A DNA stretch of 64,000 bases, from contig NC_083409.1 of NCBI RefSeq assembly GCF_020745735.1, positions 13,329,259 to 13,393,258 on the forward strand, read 5' to 3'. This document shows positions 37,637-48,257 of this stretch, piece by piece. A program made the translations under genes and the position numbers. Under the pieces are notes generated by a model. It saw only the letters and a list, made by a program, of their open reading frames with translations. It was not told the origin of the DNA and did no database searches. The first letter of the stretch is position 1. Each line of letters opens with the position of its first letter. Source of the stretch: Hemiscyllium ocellatum (Eukaryota).

Positions 37637-40600
37637 AGTGATTATGAAATAAAATATTAACTCCTGTTCTTTTTACAGGTCATGACTGCCCTACTGTACT
37701 GAAGACTGAGATATGGTGTGTGTGTCTGTGTGAGAGACAGAGGTAGAGAGAGAGGCAGAGAAAGCCCTAAAACTCATACAAAGATTAACCCTTTGTGATT
37801 CGGTTTGAATACACATTTGTTTGTTGGTGATTGAATGTTTGTCCTTTGTTCCCTGGAGTTCAAGATCCAGGACTGTTTTGAATCTGATTTGCATTTTGGA
37901 AATTTAACATGATTTCTTTTAAGTTTAAGGACCCTTCAGTTGTTATGAAATAAAATGTTAACACCTGTTCTTTTAACAGGTCATGACTGCCCTACTGTCA
38001 GTTTCTAACCAATCTCTTTTAACCTGACATGAAAGACAACCTTATTCAATTTCAAATCAGTTTAATATGGAGGAAAACAACATTATAAGGTTTATTTTTG
38101 TTTCAGACTCGTTTATTTCCACTTAATTTTAAGATTGCTGTGTTTTAATGGTGATTATTGGTAAGGACAGTTGTAGTCTTATTGAGGGAGTCCCCTCCCT
38201 CAATGACAATTGAAGTTTCAGTTTAACATTAGCTTGTGATAAATCATCTAACCAAATTAATATCCTATAGTTAATATCTGTGTCTTTGGATTTGGCCATT
38301 ATTCGTGCATTGGGAGTTTCTTTTTCATTTGAATATACAAGACATTTAAAGGCAGCTCCAGTTGTTTCATGACCTTTGCATTGTAAATGGGCAATGACTG
38401 GTCAGGACCACTTAAGAATCCTCATCTTGGATTTAAGTTAAGGGACTAAAGCCAGATAATTATAGTGGAATTCAAAGTTGGGAACCGTTTACATTTTGCA
38501 TTTTCAATATTAAATACTGAATAAATGAATTTCCAAAATAAAATGTAGCATGTTATTCAGATATATCTTGTAAAACTAATGACCATCACCACAGAGGAGA
38601 TCTGCTCTCAAAACAAGACAAAGAGAACTAAGCTCTGTTGAGCCTCCAATGTTCACAAAATAAATGAAAACTTCTTTTCTGGACTCTTCTTCAGCTGGAT
38701 CCCCACTCAGTAATGCGTAAAGTATGCTTGGTACCACTCCACTCAGTGCTCTCGCCAAAAACAAAATCCAAACTGAATTCTATCCATATCATTAGGTGTC
38801 CCTAACAAATGAAAAAGGAGGCCTGCTGACTTAAGCAGGCACTGCTAACACCCAGCATTGCACCCTTTGGACAATAGGGATAGCCAAACATATCGAGGAA
38901 CAGGGTGGTAAATCAATCACTGTTTCTTTTGTAGCATCACTGCCCCATTGCCATGGTGTTAGCGGGCTCCACAATTCACAGCCATATGATACAGTGACCA
39001 GGACAAGTGAATGAGACAAATCACCTATTTAATTGTTCTCCTCTTGCAATTTTTGGTGAGCTGAAAATTCAAATCCTAAAACCAGCTTTCAGATTATGAC
39101 AATCAAGATTCCAAAATGTATTGTTAGGAACAGGCTTTAAAGTTAGACAAACATAAATTGGTTAAATAAGGTTAAAATGAAACTAGAGGCAAGGATATCA
39201 AGTACAAAGGGAAGAGAATGATGCAATAAGAAGAATAAAGCAGCAGAGTACAGTTTTTAAAATGTCTGAGTCACTTGTTGTGTTCCCACCCTGAATTACA
39301 GATAATGATTATTTTATTTATTATTTTATAATAATATGTTATAATATTTATAATAATCAATTATATTAGCCCAAATCAAAATTATTTGGTGGGGTCGCTT
39401 GTTTTTATCCCTTTACACATTGTCAGTGACCTGTCCCATTGCCTCATGGTTAATTTAAAACATGGCTGCATTAATTCATTGTTAATTAAAGAATGGAAAG
39501 CTACCTTCCTGGCTAGTTGAAGAAATTCTGCATGTGATTGGGGTGTAGAGATATAGCAGATGGAACTCCCAATGTTTGGATTGTTTTCCATATTGTTTAG
39601 AAATTTGGAAGTAATTTGCAAATTTCCATTTCTGCAATAATTACAGGTACTTTATATTACAAGGTACTACTGACTGAGTTATCAAGTGATTTAGTTTCAT
39701 ACGTAGACACTAAGCCTAAATGTCTTCGCATTGTGTATGGAGCTTATAAGAATGCACACTGGTTAATTTGATTTATCTTTGGATTGGGCTGTTAAATCTA
39801 AGAAGGAGTGTCTGCCTGAGCTATTATCTTCACTTAAATATTTGATACTGAACAGTGATGATTTATAATTTTAAGACAGTACCAATGTCTAAATTCTAGG
39901 GTTAGCTTAATATTAGAAAATGTCAGATTGGATTGAAAGCTTTGTGTCATGTTACCGTAATTTGGGGGCAGCATTGCCCTCCATGCAATATTCATCACCA
40001 ACTTCTCTGCTCAAAATCCCCATCTGGTTTCTACACTGAATTCTAAATACTGTCAACTACAGCTGTAGCTCAGGCCATTTGATTGGGCTAAAGGTTAATG
40101 TATGATTTTCTTTTAGAGAATACAACATATTGCAGTACTAATCTAAATTTTAGGTAATATTGATGTTTTTAGTAGTAAAACTTCGAGGAGTTTTACATCT
40201 TAGCAAAGCTGAATTTATAAAAAATAGGTTTGCTTAATTCACCCATGCCTGGGCTCCTCCGTATAAAGTAAGAAAATAATGGGTAGGAAAGGAATCTCGA
40301 GTGCAGAGTTTAAAATCAACGAGCCTTTTGCCAGTGTGGGCAATGTATTTACTCAAGTGGGCTATTTGAACTTGATTAAATTGAGAATTATTTATTTCAA
40401 AATTGCTCTTAGCCTGCTGAGGAGCACAAATTACGGCCTCAAACAGGGAACTCCCTCAATACTCAAACCAGAATATGGGTGACTCTTACGAGATGAGTTT
40501 ATGTTCCTTCTTTGCTGCTGCCTATTTTAATTGATTATGTGTATATTGTATATACAAGGAGGAATCGGTTTATATTTTATTACAATGGACACTCCGCGGC

Positions 40601-40871
40601 CCCCTACCTTGCAAGGGGGAGATGATAAAGATCGAACTTGACCTGCTGTGTGGACTTGCCATTGCCAGCATTGGTGCATAAGAAGGGACAGTTTACCTGT
40701 GTGATCCTGAGCAAACAGAGACTGTGTACCAACTATGCCAGGAAGGTGTCCTTGTGTGCCGAGAAGCTGAATGTTACCAAGAATGACCATTGCAGTGATC
40801 AACTGCATCAAAAAGATTGAACAGTTAATTTACAGAACAAGTCTAAATGGTCTTTACCCTGTAAAGGTGTT

Positions 40872-42452
40872 GTGTGCCAGTTGATTACATTTGTACAATG
40901 GGCATCCCTGGTAAGCTTTGTCCCCTTTCAGATCGATCATGTTAAAATAGACAAAGGGGGGATGTTATCCTTCACTAGCAATATGTTTCTAACAACCCAT
41001 AATAAAATATTTGGAGAGGATGAAGAACTTTGTTATGCCCTTACTTCAGCAAGAGACTCCCTGACCCCTTTTATCCTTCCAACTCCTAACATGGGTGTAT
41101 AGAATAGTTCTAAAGCATTTACAGGATTATGGACTTCCTCCAATAAATCCGCAATATCCTGTCCAAATTGCTGCAATGGTAAGGGATGAGGAGGATGCAC
41201 TTATGTAAAAGTGCCTAAAATTATCCCCTGTCCTGTGATTAAATGTATCAGTCACCACTGCTTCCTTGAAGGACCTTGCATCTCACGTGTATGCCTTAAG
41301 GAGAAAGGTGTCTCTATTGCCAATGGTATTCAAACCCTTTGTAAGGTGGGTAACTACACCCACCTTCGTTATGATACCCCTAATGGCACTAGTATTTTCC
41401 CAATTATTGGATGGGTAGACCTATTCTGGGATGTCGACCACGTCCCTTATCAAGAAACCCCCCTCATTCGACTAAATCATTTTCAGCCTTTATGTTCGGG
41501 GCCAAATTATGTAATCATGAATTACACAGGTACTCCAGGAAGTTACAAAGATAGGCCTGCTTCTTATTGGGAAGGTCCCTTCATTATCTATACTAAACCT
41601 GGATAGTATTTTTTCAGTTACAATAAGACATATACCTACCTTGCCCTGAATAGAGCAGGTACACATCATGATGTAGCTGTAGGAACACTATTTCCAACTA
41701 CTGTTCCCTGTCCAATTACCTGGCAACAAGACTCAAATTCCCTGATTAAACATTCAGTTTCTCCTGACTTTTGTGCAGAATGGAAGGATGCAAGGGTTCT
41801 ATCAAAAAATAAAACTCTCTCATTGGCATATGCAGCTCTTAGTGTTCTTTCTGTAGGAGGGTCTTCAGGAGTTATTAGTCATCAAAAGTATAATTATCTC
41901 ATTTGTGGACTCATGATTTCATGAAATGAGACAACTGCTGCCCTAATAGAAATTAGGGACATGCTTTCAGAATTGTGCCTATTTACCCAACAAAACCACT
42001 GTGCTCTTGATTACATACTTGTGAAGGAAGGTGGAGTTTGCGCCATAGTCAAAGGAAAGTGTATCATGGGGGTCACTAATTTCATCGAAAACATTACTAG
42101 ACATATAGATAGCATCCACACTTTTGTCAAACAAATGAATGAAGGAGCAGGACTGGGAGATTGGGGTTTTGGCTCATGGTACAACTGGCTAATCAATATG
42201 GCTATGTATGCTGCTATTGTTTTAGTTGATCTTTTCGTTGGTATTGCTATTGTTAAGGGTATTCTTGCTAAAATATTAATTTCTATTGACAACATTGGCT
42301 CCACCCAGAGAATGTTTCTTCTCCACTTAGATGATGATGAGAAGCATCATCGCCTGCCCCTGATTCATCTTCAGAGGAAGAGAAAATACTGCAGTCTTTC
42401 GCTGCCATTGGATTGGGTTAATTTGATCCATGCCTTTATGGTGTGGTCATAG
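40872..42452 (+). pseudogene. env: Endogenous retrovirus env (gamma/epsilon-type TM), single frame with 4 in-frame stops
   Basis: ORF-track pieces 40872, 41211 and 41961 share one frame. Stops at 41100, 41187, 41604 and 41922. Shows a signal-peptide-like start, CPNC in SU, a hydrophobic fusion-peptide-like segment (LSLAYAALSVLSVGG), a heptad plus CKS17-like QQNHCALDYILVKEGGVC-X6-C, and a TM anchor MAMYAAIVLVDLFVGIAIV. Confidence 0.88.
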
Positions 42453-42458
42453 AATGAC

Positions 42459-42469
42459 AAAGGGGGGAA
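42459..42469 (+). other. Polypurine tract of the ERV
   Basis: aaaggggggaa immediately before the TG start of the LTR, 6 nt after the env stop. Confidence 0.8.
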
Positions 42470-43158
42470 TGAGGATCTAACATTTGAATTCAGGTTGTTG
42501 TCAGAAGCAACAAGTATATGTAGATTTATACTAACAACAAAATGGATTTTCAATTTAAAATAACACAACAACATGGCTGAAAGTAATGATTCGACTCTTG
42601 TGAACCCTGCTTTGCTGGGTTAAGCTAAGTACAAGTTAAGAGAATACAATGGATTTTTCACAATAGGAATTATAAGACAGTGATTTGGTATTTGAACTAA
42701 TCCTGAACTAACAAACCTGGGGTGATTCTGTGCATATAACAATCTGTTTCCCAGGGAATATCATTGGACTGGCCTGTTGGCAATCATATCACTTTATTAT
42801 AGTTGATCGAACTTTTCTTGTTATTAAGAACCCTTTCCCAGGAAATATCATTGGATTAACCTGCTGTAAATCATGTCAACTTATTATATGTGATTGGTCT
42901 TTGCTTGTAATTAAGGCTGTCCTATCTCTTAAAAACCATATAAATAATGTGTAATTTTTGAATATAATTGTGCCATTTCTCCATGGAACACAGAAGCTTT
43001 CAACCTCCGTGTCGCTGGACAAATCTGTGCCAGGCTGCCTTAATTTATTAAACTGGTAACCTTGCTTTAACCAGACCGTACTCCTAGTGATTATTTTGAC
43101 TGATGATGAGACCGAGGGGTCCTGTAAAGGGGTCTACATCATCATTGGGATCTGAACA
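42470..43158 (+). mobile_element. ERV 3' LTR (about 689 bp)
   Basis: TG...CA termini after the PPT; internal 22-nt direct repeats (42747 and 42834); TATAAA near 42939; ATTAAA near 43047. Confidence 0.75.
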
Positions 43159-43430
43159 AAAAAAACCCCATGAAACTCAATGTGATGTTCATGAATGTTC
43201 TTTGGGCAAGGGAACCCAGTCATCACCCGGTCTGTGACTCCAGTCTCACACTGACCCAATCAATTCTTAACTGCCCCATGATCTGGTTCAGCAAAGAACG
43301 CAGTCCGAGCAGCTGGAGATGGGCAATACATTTGAGGCTTTTCACTGGCATTCATGCCCTGAGAAGGAATAATGTCTGCCTTTTAGCCTCTGAGGCACCA
43401 CACTCTCATTGTTCTGGGTCTCCAATCCTC

Positions 43431-43734
43431 TCACATTAATTCATTCAGTGATAGCAATATGCGAAGAGCTTTTATTTTGAACTCTAAGTTCTCTTTTCCC
43501 CGTGATTCTCTCCTCTTCACCCCACCCAAAAAAGCTTTGCTGTGCAGAGTGAGAGCTCTCTGTGTTCTCTGAGGCTTCGCTCTGTCTCTGTCTGCCTCCC
43601 TTCCAACTGAAGACAAAACGTATGTTTCCAAAACCCTGTGGAGATAAGAAGGCAGCTGAGAAAAATAATGTAACAAGAGCTGAGTTGGGTTTGTTAAAGA
43701 AAATAATGTTTGTTTTGAAATTATATTTTTGTCA
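43431..43734 (-). mobile_element. LTR-like repeat fragment
   Basis: TG-start, AT-rich then GA-rich composition resembling 54900-55260 and 37640-37990; composition only. Confidence 0.3.
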
Positions 43735-45315
43735 GTGAATGACAAAGGAAAGATGGGGGTCCAGGATTGCTGCAGCCTCTGCCAGAACATAGGGCCCAGG
43801 AGCAGGAACAGGCCTTTTGGGAGCTGCTGTGCCAATGAAGAAGATCACTGCTCACCTGGGTGTGGTCTCAGCTGTACTTTCTGCTTCCCCCAATTATACT
43901 TAACTGCCATGTTCATCAAAAATCTGTCTACTTCAACCTTGAGTAAACTCAATGACGCAACCTCCATTCCCATGTAGAGAAGAGAATTCCACAGACTGTT
44001 GACCCTCAGCCATCAAAACAAAACCTCCTGGTTTTAAATGGGAGACTGCTTTGTGTTAAATTGACCCTCTAATTCTTGTCTGCCCTACAACAGGAACCAT
44101 CCTCTCAGTATCCAGCCTGTCATGTCACCTTAAGTCCTGAAACTGTTAATGAGAGCAAATAGGTTGTACAAGTGAGGCTTTTCCTCTGGAAATGATTAAC
44201 AATGTTGATGTAAACTGTTTTCTCCAGTGCCAGAGTTCAGAACAAGAGGGTTGTTAAAATTAAAATTAGGATGATTTCAGGAAGAAGTCCTTCTGAAAAA
44301 GTGTGAAAATCTGGAACTCGCAATTAGAAAAGCTGTCCAGGCTGGGGTTCGATGTTCGTTCGCTCAGGACAGTAAGGTTTACAGAACTAAGGGGGAATGT
44401 ATTCCAGGTTAGCCATGGCCTAACTGACTGGGGAATTTGGTCAAAACAGATGATAATTTATTTAAACTAAATGTTAACAATAAATCTATGTTAACCTGAG
44501 TGTACAAGGCATAATTTCAAAGTTTTCTGATGATATAAAACTTTGAAGTATTGTGGCTTATGAAGAAGATAGTGTCCGAATTTCAAAAAGGATGTCGGTA
44601 AGTTAATGGAATGAGCAGATGATTGCAGATACAATTTAATGGGAAGAGATGTCGGTGATTCATTTTGGAAGGAAAATGTGGTGAGACAAATCAAACTAAA
44701 GGATACAATATGGGTAGCTGTAGCGGCAGTAGGGCCTGGATGCTTATGTGCATTAGTCACTGAAGGTGTCAGCACAGGCAGCTGTTTTCATGAGAGCAGC
44801 TGATAAAGAAGATGCCATATCAACATTTGCATAGAATACAGTCTGGATGTGAAAAAAATGTTACGTTTTCGGGGGTAATACAAAACTAAAATAAGTTCCC
44901 TCATTTAAGAATGAGAAAAGCAGAATTCTTTGTCTTGCGTACAGTCATAGGTCTTTGAAACTCTTGTTCAAAAGGTCAACTGAAATCTCTGAATACTTGT
45001 AATGAAGAATTAGACAGCCTTTCAGCCCTTGCTTATCAGTAATCTATCAGAGTTAGGCAAGAATGTGGAATAATCAGATCCGCCATGTGGAACAGGATCA
45101 AGAGGATGAATCTCCTTCATCTGTCCCTAATTCGTATAATTGTGTGTTTCTAAAAGCCAGGAAGATGTGCTCAGCTATATGACAAGTTGGTTTGGCCTCA
45201 ACTGATGTATTAAGTCCAGTTCCACCGTTGAAAGAGCAGCCCCTTGAAAACATGTGGGTGCAAATGGAAGGGGACTTTACCCATAATCCTCAGCAGCAGG
45301 GCAAGCGCTGTTTCG

Positions 45316-45329
45316 CCACTAGAGGGCAG
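45316..45329 (+). promoter_or_regulatory. CTCF core motif
   Basis: CCACTAGAGGGCAG fits the consensus CCASYAGRKGGCRS at all positions; motif match only. Confidence 0.5.
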
Positions 45330-45344
45330 CTACTTCACTGTCCC

Positions 45345-47480
45345 TGATCAGTAAAACATAAATGGGGACTCTGCTTGGAGCAAACAGGCTCAATCTGCAG
45401 AGACCCATAGAGAGACAGTGCAGCTTTAGAAATAGGGTACTGAGGGCACCACAATGAAAATGTCCCCTGTGATAAGAAAAGTACTTTGGTGTAACTTGTG
45501 TGTTGTTTTGTTCATTCTGTGATACAAACGGACAATATCAGTATCGAGGGGCACAAAGTATATTTCCTCCTCTAACCCCTTTCCAACACACCCTCTCCAT
45601 CTTGCTTTACTCCTTATTGACTCTTCTACAATTGTCCCTGTTCCCTCACTCCATCCCGGTCCCAAAGGGATTAATGGCCGGAGTTCATGACCCCGCACTG
45701 TGTGAAGGTTGGTGTGAAGTGAGGCCAGTGTGTTGGAGCTTGGGCTCCTGCCTCAGGCCCAAGTGTAGGGAGCTGTTCGACAATCTGCACATTGTACTTT
45801 TTCTCTTTCTGACCGTACTGGAGTTTTCAAGCTGCAGTAACTTGCTGGCAACAAACTGTCTTGTCTAAAGTGTTTCCAGCACTGGACAGATCTTTGCTGT
45901 TGATTGTTTTCTCTCAGGAACCAGCTCTGTACTAAATGCCTGTCATCATGAGTGTGTTAGAGTTTATATGTCAGCTGCTGCTTCCTTGCTGTGGTACTGA
46001 AAAACAACATCAATGCCTCTTGAGATTTTAAATACTCTGTCTTCATGAAAGTGTTTGGCAGACTTTTAACATCATCTAACAAACTAATGATGGGAATGCA
46101 TCAGTGTTGTTTATGGCTGGGAGCATTTAATATCATGGTCTTGTTTTGAATGAATCCTCACTCGTGGTAATACGGTCTGCAATGTTCCTCTCCCCTTTCG
46201 TGTTATTAAAAGGCTTTGAACCATGTTATGCTGAGGACAGTGCAACTTCAACACCGTGTGACGGAGTGGGTGGCTGAATTCCCATCTCATTATTGACCAA
46301 CTTTCAAAGAAAATGCTGTACTCTCTGAAATTAGATTGTACCCAGGTTTTATACATATTGTGTTTGGATTTCATTTTTGCAATGCTGATTTTCATAAAAA
46401 TATCCTGTTTGGTTTTGTAGCTCAGTAGTTGTGTTTGTTCCCTGAGATACTGAGAGTTTACACAACACTCCATTTGTCTGTGATCCAGTTGGTGGCTGAA
46501 GCCTCTGATTGTTCGGTGAGTTCAAGCCATTGCCTTGCTCTCTACAGTTATACCATCAACTTGGTTTCTCAGTGTGAGCCAGGAGACCACTGCGTGGTGA
46601 CTTCCTGTTCCACTGTCGGTGTAAAGGCAAGTGGGAACTGTCTCGGTTAATCCCATCATGAACATCAGAACATTGTGCTCAGCTAGAAATACATCCACTA
46701 ACTCATTTCTTTGGCCGCCATTTCAGTGAAAGCAAATCTCTCCATTTGCCAGCACAAAGAGAAAGTGCCCGTCAGATTCCCTCGTGTGTGATGGTTTAGC
46801 CCAATAGGAGCAGCCCTGGTAGACCATGCTGTATCAGCCTGGACAGAAACCTGGGCAAGCTCCAAATGAAAGGATGACCTTCAGTGGATCTGCTGTGACA
46901 GGAAATATGGAATTGGAATCCTTGTTCCTGAATCATCTCATCAAACCCAAATCCAACTGCGAAAGTATAAACCAAACCAATTTCCCAAGGACATATGTCA
47001 CAACAAGAAAGTAGGGAACAGACAGTTTCTGTCCCCTGTCTTTCGGGAGCGTCGCTATTCCTGTCCCACCTCTGTCGGTGGGGTACCATTTCTATCATCC
47101 TTTCTATCTGAGAATATAACTGTTCCTGTCCCCACTATCTTAGGAAGAGTTTGGGGGTGTCACATCCACCCATTTTGTTAGTTCCATTTACTCTCATGAA
47201 ATGGGTAATCCATGCTTCACTATGTGCGTGTAAGCCACGTGTGAAAGCCTAGCACAGCTCACCCTTCATCTCAATCAGAACACAGGGTTGGTCTGTACTG
47301 TCTAGACCCAGAACAATAACACTGACTAACTGGAGACAACTCAGATCAAGTCCCAATGAGAGTGCTATTGACCTTCACCCTCAAAGCCCATTGAGGAGGT
47401 GGTCATTAATCCCCGTGTTGTCACAGAGTAAGTTTTCCCAGAGATTCACGATTCATTCTAGATTTTACACAAGCCTGTGA
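45345..47480 (-). repeat. Copy B of the same unit, inverted, with no Penelope insertion
   Basis: Contains the intact target gggcctgaggcaggagcccaag (reverse strand, about 45740-45762). Confidence 0.9.
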
Positions 47481-48257
47481 TGTTGTTAGGAGACAGGTGG
47501 GAAGGCATCGAGATAAAATATAAAAGGAGAGAGAATTATATTTTTGTTATACCATCCTTGAACTTGGATATTCGAAATTTTTTTACAGACAATGGAATGC
47601 TTCCAAAAACCAGACATTATTGTAATGTGGGAACTGTGACAGCCTGGGCAATGCAGATCTTTTGGTAGCACCACCCAGAGACTGGAGCCTGCTACTGCAG
47701 GCAGGCTACAAACCAGCTCCACTGTGAGGGAAGGACATTGGAACACATAAGGACATGGGAAATAGGAGTTGGAGGAAGACTCCAATGGCTGTCCATCCTT
47801 TCTTAATACAGAGACTGAAATTGCACACAATACCCCAGATGCAGCCTCACTAACACTCCGTACCGTTTTAACAAGACTTCTCTACTTTTAAATTCCAACC
47901 CCCAGACAATAAAGGTGAAAATTCCATTCGCCTTCTCAATTACTCGCTATACCAGCACTAACTTTCAGTGTCCCATGCACAATACTACCCAGATCACTCT
48001 GTACTGCACTTTGTTGGAATCTCTCACTATTTAAATAATAGTCTGCCTTTAGATTATTCTGACCCAAGTTCATGGTCTCACACTTTCTGATATTAAATTC
48101 CATCCACTGTGTATTAGTGTTTCATTTCCAGTTTGGTCTTCTCTTTGTGATTGACTGTCTCAATGCATCTGTCTGTAGCACGTCCCATTCCCATTTGTTT
48201 GTGAGCCTGACCCTTGATTGTCTAACCCTTTCCTGCTGGTTCCATTCAATGACAGGC

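Noticed and set aside
40950-40964. Second PPT-like gacaaaggggggatg as the start of another LTR
   Set aside because: It lies in frame within env (IDKGGM), and the following sequence has no similarity to the LTR.
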